A DNA stretch of 64,000 nucleotides from Macrostomum lignano (lineage: Eukaryota), in the NCBI GenBank assembly GCA_002269645.1, contig NIVC01001378.1, positions 237,465-301,464 of the forward strand, read 5' to 3'. Position 1 is the first letter of the stretch. Every line of letters starts with the position of its first letter. The position numbers were made by a program, and so were the translations under genes. The notes under the pieces are model-generated. The model did no database searches. It was not told where the DNA came from and saw only the letters and a list, made by a program, of their open reading frames with translations. This document shows, one piece after another, positions 50,719-62,989 of this stretch.

Positions 50719-51657
50719 TCTAACAGGTGACACTATCCTGTCTAACAGGTGACACTATCCTGTCTAAAAGGTGACACTATCCTGTCTAACAGGTGACACT
50801 GTCCTGTCTAACAGGTGACACTATCCTGTCTAACAGGTGACACTGTCCTGTCTAACAGGTGACACTATCCTGTCTAACAGGTGACTCTATCCTGTCTAAC
50901 AGGTGACTCTATCCTGTCTAACAGATGACACTATCCTGTCTAACAGGTGACACTATCCTGTCTAAAAGGTGACACTATCCTGTCTAACAGGTGACACTAT
51001 CCTGTCTAACAGGTGACTCTATCCTGTCTAACAGATGACACTATCCTGTCTAACAGGTAACACTATCCTGTCTAACAGGTAACACTATCCTGTCTAACAG
51101 GTGACACTATCCTGTCTAACAGGTGACACTATCCTGTCTAACAGGTGACACTGTCCTGTCTAACAGGTGACACTATCCTGTCTAAAAGGTAACACTATCC
51201 TGTCTAACAGGTGACACTGTCCTGTCTAACAGGTGACACTATCCTGTCTAACAGATGACACTATCCCGTCTAACAGGTGACACTATCCTGTCTAACAGGT
51301 GACACTGTCCTGTCTAACAGGTGACACTATCCTGTCTAAAAGGTAACACTATCCTGTCTAACAGGTGACACTGTCCTGTCTAACAGGTGACACTATCCTG
51401 TCTAACAGGTGACACTATCCTGTCTAACAGATGACACTATCCTGTCTAACAGGTGATACTATCCTGTCTAACAGGTGACACTATCCTGTCTAACAGATGA
51501 CACTATCCTGTCTAACAGATGACACTATCCTGTCTAACAGGTAACACTATCCTGTCTAACAGGTGACACTATCCTGTCTAACAGGTAACACTATCCTGTC
51601 TAACAGGTGACACTATCCTGTCTAACAGATGACACTATCCTGTCTAACAAGTGACAC
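50719..51657. repeat. Third array of the 22-bp satellite (orientation B)
   Basis: Unit gtgacactatcctgtctaacag, about 42 copies. Confidence 0.98.
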
Positions 51658-52324
51658 ATCTTAACAAGAGACAAAACTGTTACAGAAGACCTGGGGTGAC
51701 ACTTGAGTCTTATAGGTAAAACTCAGATCCAACAGCCAACACCTGTGCAAGATACCGACAATAAGTAATTTACAGTAGTGCACAAGTCGACCTGCAGATC
51801 TGTACTTGTGCCTGTATCTACAGCCTTGTTTTCAGGCTAAGGCATATGTCAGGTAAAATGCATTTTTGTCCACATTTTCACTTCGCTAAACAATGCTTGC
51901 TGCAAGATACGCCTCCACGTCTTTTTTCCAAACTTTCATTCCGCACTCCTAAAAAAGTTTTTCTGTTGACTGCGCGGAAGTGCTGCTGGGTTTAAAATAT
52001 CTCTCTACTCTACTCTGCTTATATGATGAGGCATGTAGGGACACAGAGGGGAGGCTGGGGCTGCTCCAAAGCTGAAAGCTGAGAATGATAAACGCTGCAA
52101 GAATGCGCCCGAGTCAGACATTTGCCACTGAAATAGATAAGCTGCGTGATGGAAGACGAGGTAAAAAAGTGCTTCCTGTTGCTGTGTACCTTTTTTTCCT
52201 GGTTTCTTTACTTTATCACATAGCTCCCAGTCGCTCTCCCCGCTTTCACCACTGCGACTCACGAAAAGAGCGCGGACACAGTGGGACAGAGGTCCCCGTT
52301 TGAACTGGCTGGCTGCGGAGGCCT

Positions 52325-52370
52325 TGATAGATGATGATAGATGGATAGATAGATAGATGATGATAGATGA

Positions 52371-52412
<42 letters not shown>

Positions 52413-52424
52413 GATGATAGATGA

Positions 52425-52497
<73 letters not shown>

Positions 52498-52510
52498 CAG
52501 ATAGATAGAT
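52325..52510. repeat. (GATA)n microsatellite
   Basis: Direct. Confidence 0.95.
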
Positions 52511-53368
52511 ATGATATGCAAATATGAATATATTTAATAGAATAAGATCAGGCCTTAAGCTGTCAGAAAAGTAACAGGAAAATTTTCAAAAGAATAGTTT
52601 TTGCCTCCTCGATTTGCATATCTTAGGAAATTTTTAATTTCTCCAGAGGACTGGCGCAGGATGCTATTTCGCTTTTTGCTTATCAGCAAGATGAAAAGTT
52701 GAATTGCTTGATCCATGCAATTGCACGATCGGTATGTTGCACGTTAACATAACGAGATCGCATTGGAAAGTAAGTGGCGAAAAAAACAATCAGCTGAATG
52801 GCTGCTATGAAACTTGAAATTGCGTTAAATTAAAGGCACGGGCTTAGGCTTTCAAGATCACACAAAATTCTGTCGCTCCTCACAAAACTACGAGTAGGAG
52901 TGTTTTAGCTGCTCTCAAAGCCTTTAACAGAACACCGGCAATTCTATCCCTAAGTACATAAACTCTTCTGCGGGTAGAAACGATAAGAGGCTGAAAAATG
53001 TGTGTCTACAAGTCTCCAGGGATTGTCTGGAAGCATTGAAAGAGAAGTAGATACACTCGAATGCTCTTAGTTCCAGCAGGTGCAATTCGAGAAACGTGTG
53101 TGTTAATACCTGTTTAATGCCTCGGATAGCGGCAGAAAGACTCATTAAGACGTAGCGGAATCTGTCGGGGTACTTCAGTAAACGATTCAGATAGATAGCA
53201 GACCAGGGTACACCTGCTGAGACATAATCTCTTTAATTGGAAGTTTATCCTTCTTTGTATGAGTATAATATGAAGCTGTTGATGGTTGTTAATCGTTTAA
53301 TATACCTGTTAATACCTGACTACAGAGCAACTCGAATTTCTGAAAATTCCTTTTCAGATTCGACAGCG

Positions 53369-54688
53369 ATGACCGACTGCAGCGAGAGCGAATGGATGCA
53401 GAAATACTACCGCATCAGCGTGCCGGTCATCAGCTCAATCTCATTGCTGCTCAACATCTGCAATATTGTCATATTTAGCAAACGCAAAATGGTCTCGCCA
53501 ACTAATTCGATTCTACTGGGCATAGCGGTCAGCGACCTGTGCAAGGTGTCCATGTTTCTTGTGACCACAGCGGCGCACCTGCCGAAAACGTCCTACGCCA
53601 GTCAGATTGTCTATCTGATATGCAACGTTGCCATGCTAGTTATGCACGCGTTCGCTCTGTGGTGCGGCGTCCTATTAGCCTTGTTCCGTTTTTTCTACTT
53701 GAGATTCTACGCCTCGCCGCTCACAAAGGTGTGGTTTAGTCTGTCTAGAGCTCGACTAGCGGTCTGCCTGGCCTTCCTTGCCAACATCATCGTGACTCTG
53801 CCGTACGCCAGCGTTCTGAGACTTCGCAGGGTACCCGCCACAGATGTGTCGAATTCAACTAGCAACGACACGGGTCCAGTGGTAGTGAAGTTCGAGGCTG
53901 AAATGCTCGATTCCTATCAGTACCAGGTGCGAATGCTGAACGTCATCGCCCAGAAACTGGCTCCCTGCCTCATCATGGCTGGTTTCTGTTTCTGTATCAT
54001 TTACAGTCTGCGACAGGCCGAGAAGAGGCGAGAGAAACTGGTCAAGTCCACTAATAGAAGCACCGCTACAGCAGCAGCGGCCGCTGCAGCCGAGGCTCCA
54101 GATGCGGCCACACCGCTGACCAAGGAGCAACAGAAGGCCAGCAAATCTAGCCGGAAGGAGAAGCGGTCCAGGGATCACCGCCGCACTACTAGCTTTCTGC
54201 TGATCATTTTACTGCTGTACATCCTCTATGAAGTGCCCATGAGTTTAATTCTCGTACTGTCCGATAGCGCGTTCAATCTTACTGGCGTCCAATGCTTCTT
54301 GCAAACTTACAGCGCCATACTAAACTCCATCGGCCTGGTGAACAATACCATCAATTTCTTTCTGTACAGCTTTATGAGCAAGCAATTTAGAGACGCATTC
54401 AAAGAGGTATTCGGATTGTCGCATCTGGCAGCAAAAGCGCGGTCGTTGGCTGTTTCTATGGGATTGCAAGTGCCCAACGCAGCTAACACCGCAGCTCAAG
54501 ACGCGCCTGCAGGCTCAAACAATGCGGCACAGGGCGGCGCTCCGTTGGCGGAAAGAAGCAGAGCAGCCGGTGTGCATCTGGAAAGCATCAGAGTGTGCTC
54601 GGAGAGTCCAGCTTCACCTGGGGAGCCAGACGAACGATCGAACCGAAGTGCATCCGACGCTCACAGCAACTCGTGCGAGGAGTATTGA
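53369..54688 (+). CDS. Rhodopsin-class neuropeptide GPCR, myosuppressin receptor/DMSR-like (439 aa, single coding exon)
   Basis: Seven hydrophobic segments; NIVIFSKRKMVSPTNSILLGIAVSDL (TM1-2), HAFALWCGVLLALFRF (TM3), KLAPCLIM (TM5), RRTTSFLLIILLLYILYEVP (TM6), NNTINFFLYSFMSKQFR (TM7) are typical of DMSR/FMRFamide-type receptors. ttttcag acceptor ends at 53357, ATG at 53369; the upstream part of the supplied ORF is intronic. Confidence 0.9.
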   Translation: MTDCSESEWMQKYYRISVPVISSISLLLNICNIVIFSKRKMVSPTNSILLGIAVSDLCKVSMFLVTTAAHLPKTSYASQIVYLICNVAMLVMHAFALWCGVLLALFRFFYLRFYASPLTKVWFSLSRARLAVCLAFLANIIVTLPYASVLRLRRVPATDVSNSTSNDTGPVVVKFEAEMLDSYQYQVRMLNVIAQKLAPCLIMAGFCFCIIYSLRQAEKRREKLVKSTNRSTATAAAAAAAEAPDAATPLTKEQQKASKSSRKEKRSRDHRRTTSFLLIILLLYILYEVPMSLILVLSDSAFNLTGVQCFLQTYSAILNSIGLVNNTINFFLYSFMSKQFRDAFKEVFGLSHLAAKARSLAVSMGLQVPNAANTAAQDAPAGSNNAAQGGAPLAERSRAAGVHLESIRVCSESPASPGEPDERSNRSASDAHSNSCEEY

Positions 54689-55651
54689 AGCTCGGATCGG
54701 GGAGATCGTAGAGAGGGTTGATAAGACTCAACTTAATTAATTTTCCTAATCAACCCTGAAATCACAACTTGACATGAAAATTTTAGCTACGATATTTTAA
54801 AGATCAAACAGTAGAAAGTTTCGATAGTCTTTTACCTTGGACCTTTGAACTTTGCATAACTTTGCTTCTTTATAATAACTAAAACTATTTTACAATATAA
54901 AAAATTAGACTCAAAGAGAGAAACGGAATTTTACAATTTTTCTACCAAACCATTACCTTTGTGTCTAAGTAAGAATGAAATATTTACTATTTCTGTATTT
55001 TATCCTTGTAATAAGGCTTATGATTCTATTTAAATTTTTCAAATTATGTTGTCTGTTAAATGCTAGTAACTTTCCTTGAAGTTTCAGTTTTTGAAATATG
55101 CATAACTTTTGCGAGAGAATATGTAACGGATGGCACGTGCGAACAAGTATGAAAAATTCAACTTTCCAATCACAGTACCGAACTAGAATTAACGGGAGCT
55201 GAAAGACAAACAGGATTAAAAAGAAGCAGTTTTACCTTATTTAAGACGAATACTTTACTCTGTGTAGGTTAAAATCTGTATTTTATTTCTTATTCCTGTG
55301 TTTTTTCGTTTCTTTTACGCTATTAATCCAATTATAAGCGATCAACATATTATAACCACTTGTTTATCTGTCGTACCGATCGAAGTTTAAATATTTCACT
55401 ATATGGCTGACTGCACCGCAATGTTCACATTTATTAATGCCTGAAATTTTCTGCACCAGAACTGCACGAAAAGGCGACTGCAATAGTTATGTCGGCATCA
55501 TAACTTTTAAAATATAACACTATAACACTATCGACATCAATAATTTTAATTGAAAAACTGGATTGCATACTGCACACTCATCGCAAAAAATAATTTGTTC
55601 TTCACCAGATCGTTTTGGTGTCGTGTATTGATCATTTTATCCGAGCACCAC

Positions 55652-56067
55652 GGCCTGAGAATATACTCGTAGATGAGCTAGAGTTGGAGTCTAAGTGAGG
55701 TCAACAAAGATGATGAGCCATGGCCTGAGAATACACTCGTACATGAGCTAGAGTTGGAGTCTAAGTGAGGTCAACAAAGATGATGAGCCATGGCCTGAGA
55801 ATACACTCGTACATGAGCTAGAGTTGGAGTCTAAGTGAGGTCAACAAAGATGATGAGCCATGGCCTGAGAATACACTCGTACATGAGCTAGAGTTGGAGT
55901 CTAAGTGAGGTCAACAAAGATGATGAGCCATGGCCTGAGAATACACTCGTACATGAGCTAGAGTTGGAGTCTAAGTGAGGTCAACAAAGATGATGAGCCA
56001 TGGCCTGAGAATATACTCGTACATGAGCTAGAGTTGGACTCTAAGTGAGGTCAACAAAGATGATGAG
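55652..56067. repeat. 70-bp tandem repeat, 6 copies
   Basis: ggcctgagaa restarts at 55652, 55722, 55792, 55862, 55932, 56002. Confidence 0.97.
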
Positions 56068-59000
56068 TAGGCTAAAACCAATAACCAAGGCAAAAACGTA
56101 GCTGAAACGAGACGGTGCACCTTTGCAACTAACTGTGAAAGATGAAATTGAAAATGTCAATTACCACGCATCGTGAGCCTATAGCTTTGCATGAAAGTAT
56201 AGGAAATACAACGGCAGAAATGATTGAAACTTAAAATTGTATCGGCAGCGGTGGGATTCGAAACACATGTAAGTCAACAATGTTATAAAATGCTATCTCG
56301 TTCCATTCGATTTGCATGCCAATGCAACGTCAAAAAGCATTGCTCACCAAAGAGATTGAATTGACAGAAAAGTAGACTTTGATGAATTGGGTAGAAACAT
56401 GGTCAGCGTTGCTTATGTTTTTCTCTCTCTCCCGATTTTGCGTGTCGCAGAGCAGAAAGAGAGGACAGAATCGAGTTGATTAGGGCTGAAAGTCGGCCTC
56501 AATCCAAATGAAAGGCTTTGATTCGACCAGTCAAAGCACACGCTTTGACGACAGGCACATATCTGAGCCCCGCAAATACTCTTCGTGCCTCCTCTGCCCC
56601 TTCATTCCTGCCTGTCATTTTAGTCCAAACCTCAGCGACCTACGAATTCCATCTGTACTTTCGGAATCCTACTTGATGAAATGCATTGATGCCCAGCCAA
56701 CATACAATCGGATATTACAACTGTCATCGAATGCAAAAAAAAAATTCAAGCTGCATGATTGAATTAATTCAATTCAACTGATTTAATATTCTACCGAAAA
56801 ATGATAAATAATGAAAAACTGGCAGCACGAATTAATTACGAAAAAAACTCAAATAAAGTCGCGTGAACATGAAATATTAGTGAAGAGATTTCGGCCGCTG
56901 ACAGCTCAACCCGCATAATTAAGGAATCGTAGAGACTGATGTGAGCGTCTTAATTACGAGTAAATGAACAAATGCTACGAGTCGAGCGGTTGAGATATCA
57001 TCATCTCAGAATGCCTTACCAGCGAAATTTTACGCCGGTAGATAAATGAAATGATGCTCAAAGCGTTCTCGAAAGCCAAACAGCTGGTACTTTTAAAAAT
57101 TGCAATTTTTATTCTGTCAAAAAGGTTGCGATCTGAGCCTTAAATCTCGGATTTATAGGTCGATTCAGTCGGTTAGAAACGGATTAAAGGCCTACCTGTG
57201 CATATCCATAGCGGGAAATGGTCAATAATCTCTATATCAAGGTAATGAATTACTGGTTATTTTGACAAAGACAAAGAGCCAAGCTTTGAATACGATTGAA
57301 TACGTAATTCTTCAATAACTGCTTGAATGTCTATAGCCAAAGGTAAATTTAGGAAATGCAGATAAAAAAGAAGCGAGATCTCTGGTGAAGAATGTGGTAT
57401 AGAAGCGATCGCTGTGTATACGATTGCTTAGAAAGTTTAAGGAAAAAGAAATCGACAACAGAGGATAAGGGCAAAGCAAAAGAGATAATTGCAAAGCAAA
57501 TATTAATGAATATTTGGCATTCGCGGTAGAAGTTTCTGCTCCAATATTTGCAACGCAGTCGAGATGCGTTTTGGAATATTATAGCAAGAGCAAGTCAAAT
57601 AGAAGTTAGCACTATTCGACGGGGAATCGGACTGATTATTGTAAGTAAAAAGTGAGAATAGAGCTTGTTTGCTCAGGCTCTGGATAATTTCTAGGAGTGA
57701 AATTCTTTTTAGGGTGGATAATAACAAAAAAATAGTTAGGTAAACCTTTCTTTAATATCCGCCGAATCTTATTACAGTTCATATGATTGATTATAATGAT
57801 TACCAGTAAGAGTATCAAGTTACTTTTCTGCCCGAGGTCACGAAAAATCCAACAGGTTCCTTCTATTCAAAAGTTATCCTTCAATTCATATTCAATTTTT
57901 CTTTATTTTTTAGCAGCTAAGCCCCTTAAGTTATGATGAATGTTTTCGTTTTTGCTCCGGGTTATCAAGTATCAGAACTTTCCAAGCACCCGAATAGATG
58001 ATGGTGCCATTGTAGCTCTGAACGTCAATACATCATTAAACGCAAAATGATAATAGATATTTACTAAAACAATAAGACCATTTTTTAAACACTCGCGTGT
58101 GATTAGTAGTGAAGTTTTTATAAGTTTTCTATATAATTTATAAAACATTTTTTCTTTTAAACTCGATAAGACAGACAGACTGGCGAAGGATCGCAACTAG
58201 TAATAAACGGAAAAGAGATTTTCTAATTTTACTCCAAATATAGCAATTGAATAGATAGATGCGCAATTGTATTTTCCTACATTCTCGATTCTTCCCAACT
58301 GAAAGTTAGAATCTACTAACAACAGAAACACAGATACACGCACACACAGTATTTATTATATGTACAAAATTGAAACAAGATAACAAAAAGTTATATAACA
58401 AAGGACAGATATTTAATAAGTACATATTGAAATTTAATATTAAAAAGTTACTATGGCGAAGTGTATGGCATACAAAAACTGTCTTCCGATGAAAACGTCA
58501 CCCAGGCCAAGAAGCGTTCCAGAGTCACAATTGCGTCGCCCCAAAGGTCGTTTCAGAGTCATTGCAGGTCACACAGGTAAAATATGAAAGAAGTGACTCT
58601 AGAAGACTCTAAAACAAGGAGATGTCACTCTATGAATTAGCCTACTAAGTTAGTAGAAAGTTAAGCGCTAACACTCATGGAATCTGGAACGACTTCTTTT
58701 CTGACTCTTTATTCAACGGGTCTGACTTGCATTGGACCCGAATATTCTAATATTAGTTTGATAATAATAATATGGTAGACTAGTACAAATAACTACTTAA
58801 AACTATATTAATATTATTTAATTACATATAAATAACAGCGGAAGCAGACAGTTGAAAGACTAATTATTAATTATACTTGCTAAAATTTAATATTGTGTTA
58901 AATATAAGTGCGACAGAGACTGGGTGTTAACTAAAAAAATCTTCAAATTTTAGGATTCAATTCCGACAGTGAAGATTGCGCTAGATCTGGTGCAGACAGT

Positions 59001-59759
59001 GACTAACAGTTATAAGTTGCTTGCTATTTTGGGTGAGTATTCATTCAAACCTCGAAATTTAGAAATCCATGAAAAATAGGAAAATCCATGGAAAGGGAAA
59101 TTTTGATTTCACGCAATTGAACAGAAAATAATATACTTCAATGAAATGCCAAAAAATTGAATGAAACACACAATGCGCCGAAAATCTGCACAGACACAAG
59201 CGTGAATGTTGAGTTATAATATTATAAATGTTAATATTAACAAGTCTTGAAAAAATATAACTCAAGGTAAAAAAATATAAATCATATATAAGATAAGATA
59301 ATACATATTGCCGCCAAAGTTTTTCCATTCATCTATCGATGTTAAGATATAGAAATTCATTGCACACACAGAATAAATAGATACATACACGAGGTATGCC
59401 ACTGGTTATCTATCTACACAGCAATTACTATAATCAGTAATAAACAACAAACTAATATTGCACAAACTACAGACTATATGGTAACAATAAGAATTACAAA
59501 AGAGATTGCTTATTGCATGCAATTATACAGTTTGATGTCAAAGTGTGACTAATCTCCGCGTTGGGCACTGGGCAGAGTCAGAGTGCACAGACAGACTGAG
59601 AATGCAGTAAATTTAGTAGATCCTGACAGGTCTCACACAGGAAAAAGCAGGTCGAAAACAGGAAAATATATTCGAAAAACTTTTGCTAAATTAGCAAGAT
59701 CTGAAGAGTGCTTCTAAAAACAATAACGGACTTATGAGAGAATGATACACGAACAATAT

Positions 59760-60160
59760 CATATCTGACAGTCTGACACACTGACAGATAGGCCAAATCG
59801 GACAGTCTGACACACTGACAAGAATATCATGACATCAACCATTGACCATGATTATCTGTATCCATGTTTGAATACCATGACCTGAAATTTAAACACACTG
59901 ACAAGAAAAGCAGATCTGACAGTCTGACACACTGACAAGAAAAGCAGTTTTGACAGTCTGACACACTGACAAGAATATAGGACCTGACAGTCTGACACAG
60001 AGACAATAATAGCAGATCTAACAGTCTGACACACTGACAAGAATATCGGACCTGACAGTCTGACACACTGACAAGAATATCGGACCAGACAGTCTGACAC
60101 ACTGACAAGAATATCGGACCTGACAGTCTGACACACTGATAAAAATAGCATGACCTGAAA
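59760..60160. repeat. ~34-bp minisatellite just 3' of the SNRK stop
   Basis: Unit cctgacagtctgacacactgacaagaatatcgga. Confidence 0.9.
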
Positions 60161-60182
60161 GTCCTGACTATTAGCGCTCACA

Positions 60183-60757
60183 CTAGCTCACGCTGCAACA
60201 CGAGACGCGAAATTTCGAGGAAGATTTTCGACCACCGCCGCCGCCGCCGCTGCCGTCACCGCCGCGACGCAACGACAACAGGTGCCGATGCCGTTGCTGA
60301 TGCCGCCGCCGATGCTGCCGCGGTTGCAACTGCTGCTGACTGTCGTCGGCAACTTGATCGGCAGCTCCTACAATCGATAACGACGCAACGTCGGCGTTAG
60401 AGGTTGCCGTAGAGACCGGAGCGGTAGCAGCCGTTGCTATGGAAACAACAGCAGATGTTGGGGCGGGGACGGCAGCAGCTGCTGTGGATGCTGCGGCGGC
60501 AGAAGAAGCAACAGCAGAAGCAGACGCGGCAGCAGCTTTTGCTCGAGCCAGTCTCAGATCGCGCATCAGCAATTCAACCCGATGCGAGGACAGCGAACGG
60601 AGGCTCGACGATGCTGCCGACGAGTTCAACGAGAAGCTGCTGTCTCTGGCATTTGCTGACGAGCACTGGCGACCGTCCGATTGACGACGTCTGGATTGTC
60701 TGGCCGAGGACGAGGCGGACACCGACTGGACTTGGCCGAATGCGCCGCCGGCGCTGA
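60183..60757 (-). CDS. SNRK: SNF-related kinase, terminal coding exon
   Basis: Ser/Ala/Gln-rich frame ending RVSCCSVS*, recalling the SNRK C-terminal SCCHVI; ttgcag acceptor (60758-60763) is in phase with the donor at 61266, an alternative ttcag acceptor gives a start at 60785. Confidence 0.62.
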
Positions 60758-60974
60758 CTGCAACGGTCGTGTTGTTTTTCGATGACTGAATTTTTTTTTT
60801 GACAAATCTCTGCCATGTTCACAACAGCCTACTTGTAGCTGTGAATAGAAAAATAAGTAGAGTATTCAGCGTACTATTTTTAGCAGCTTACCTAGAAAAT
60901 GCTATAGCGTCTTTTGACCACTGAAGGTTCGATATTGGTTTTTTTTATTCTGATCAATCAATTCAATAAATGTG

Positions 60975-61049
60975 TCTGTTTGTCTGTCTGTCTGTTTTAG
61001 TGTTTTAGTGTCTGTCTGTCTACGAGTATCTGTCTGTGTCTGTCTGTCG

Positions 61050-61080
<31 letters not shown>

Positions 61081-61176
61081 CTCTATCTGTCTGTCTGTCT
61101 ATCTGTCTGCCTGTCTGTCTGTCTGTCTGTATGTCTGTCTGTCTGTCTCTCTGTCCTCTATCTGTCTGTCTGTCTA

Positions 61177-61238
<62 letters not shown>
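60975..61238. repeat. (GTCT)n microsatellite in SNRK intron
   Basis: Direct. Confidence 0.95.
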
Positions 61239-61266
61239 AATCCATCAATCCGTCTCCACCGCTCAC

Positions 61267-61999
61267 CAATAGGCGATTCAGTGTCGCCAACAGCTGCGGA
61301 AGCCTCCAAGGAGGCTGGCGGCTCGTCCAGTTCGCGAATGGGACAGCAGACAACGGCTGCCAGACTGCCGCCAATATTATGATCAGACGACACCGCGTCG
61401 GCAATGAAACCAGGATTGTCTGGCGATTCATAGCAACAGCCAAAGCCGCCGCAGGCGAGCTCGCCCAGGCTGTACTCGCTCAACGGTCGGCTTGGCGAAT
61501 CCGACGATTCGAGCTACTTCCGGCCCGACTTCCGGCGCTGGATTTCCTACCGACGATGGCCGCTGCTCCGCCGACGCCGGATCGCTTAGTGAGGTGGTGA
61601 TGATGGTGTAACCGGAATGAGCCGCCACCAGAGCCTAGCAGAGCCAACTGATGCTGCTGCAATTGAAGGCTCAATTGATGCTGCTGCTGCTGTAGCTGAG
61701 CCTGCTGTTGCTGCTGCTGCTGCGAATTCTCGTCTAAACTGGCTGCCATTGCTTTTAGTAGCAGCTGAGGCGACGAGCGAACCGAGACTAACGATCGGTG
61801 CCGAGCGCTGCTGGACCTGGACCGGCCTTCAAGCACCACCGCGGCGGCTGGGGTGGCAGATCCGCCGCCAGAGAATGTTGCAGACATTGCTCCTGGCAGT
61901 GCAGCACCAGACTCTTCTGCTAGGGAAGCTAAGCCAATGTCTTCTTCTTCGATTATCATTGAGAATCGTCTGAGTTTCTCTTCGACGCTTAGGGATGCG
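61267..61999 (-). CDS. SNRK: SNF-related kinase, low-complexity internal exon (one frameshift near 61490)
   Basis: cctgcag acceptor at 62000, frame ASLSVEEKLRRFSMIIEEED...; continues in a shifted frame as LSEYSLGEL...TESPI to a gtgagc donor at 61261-61266. Confidence 0.62.
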
Positions 62000-62026
62000 C
62001 TGCAGGTGGGTTGATGTGTTCGTATT

Positions 62027-62275
62027 ACATCTGGGGATTCTATTGAGGATCTGGATTTTATTGAAGATCTGGGGATTCTATTGAGGATCTGGGGATTTTA
62101 TTGAGGATCTGGGAATTCTATTGAGGATCTGGGATTTTATTGAGGATCTGGGGATTCTATTGAGGATCTGGGGATTTTATTGAGGATCTGGGGATTCTAT
62201 TGAGGATCTGGGGATTTTATTGAGGATCTGGGGATTCTATGAGGATCTGGGATTATTGAGGATCTGGGGAATCTA
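62027..62275. repeat. 20-bp minisatellite filling an SNRK intron
   Basis: Unit gaggatctggggattctatt. Confidence 0.94.
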
Positions 62276-62375
62276 TTGTTTAAATCTGTTAAAGTGTTTA
62301 AATCCTAAAGATAAGGGTTTAAGATTAAGATTAAAACAATAAAGGTAATAATTAGTGACAATTCAAACAACTAAC

Positions 62376-62932
62376 CATGAGGACTGCCGACTACTGCCGC
62401 CTGGCCCCCTGCTGCCGCCGCCGCCCCGCAGTCTCCGGGATGCTCTCCAGCTCGGCAGACTGCCCCCTGCTGGGTGGCCGGCCCCCACCCGAGCTGCCAA
62501 TAGACAGTCGGTGCCGTTCGAGTCGTGCCCGCCGCATGAGTCGCTCGGCTAGCAGGTAATAAGTAGCAGTCACGTGACTATAATCGTCTCTACCCAGAGC
62601 GGCTAAAATCTCGTCGCGAGTAGCTAAACCGCCTTCGACCATTTTGTCAACAACTTCCAATTGATCTTCGGGCGAAACCTCGTTGGCGCAGACTAGCGGA
62701 GTGCCGCAGGACAGCGTGGGCAGGCCGCAGAGCCATTCGTCCTCGAGGATGGAGTCAAGAGTAGGCCGTCGGGTTGGATCGCGTTGAAGCAGGCGCTCTA
62801 TTAAACGTCGGCAGGGTAAAGAGACGTGACGAGGCACTCGGTAGCGAACGTCCATGATGCGGGCTAGAGTCTCTGAGTCGTTCTGCTCTTGAAACGGCAG
62901 CTTGCCAGTGGCTAGCATGAATAGGATGACAC
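62376..62932 (-). CDS. SNRK: SNF-related kinase, exon with kinase C-lobe end and UBA-like domain (gene enters from right edge)
   Basis: GVILFMLATGKLPFQEQNDSETLARIMD...LLQRDPTRR...YSHVTATYYLLAERLMR matches SNRK GQPPFQEANDSETLTMIMD...MLQRDPKRR...YNHITATYFLLAERILR; ggccag acceptor; gttagt donor at 62370-62375. Confidence 0.92.
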
Positions 62933-62989
62933 CTGGCCGAGGTAATTTGGTGAGAAATTTATTGTAGTTTTTTGTGTTTTTTTTTTATA

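Noticed and set aside
51780-51812. gcacaagt...acttgtgc hairpin containing gtcgacctgcag (vector-like)
   Set aside because: 8-bp stem is too short for a pre-miRNA; the 12-nt polylinker match is compatible with chance.
55652-56067. 70-bp repeats checked for CRISPR-like spacers or hammerhead ribozyme
   Set aside because: Units are near-identical head-to-tail with no spacers; gatgatgag is not followed by a stem and GAAA core.
57300-58200. Chain of short minus-strand ORFs in AT-rich DNA
   Set aside because: No recognisable domain or splice pattern; cannot be supported as a gene or element.
59510-59520. ttattgcatg resembling the end of a flatworm spliced leader
   Set aside because: Not followed by a GT donor and no Sm site or remaining leader sequence.
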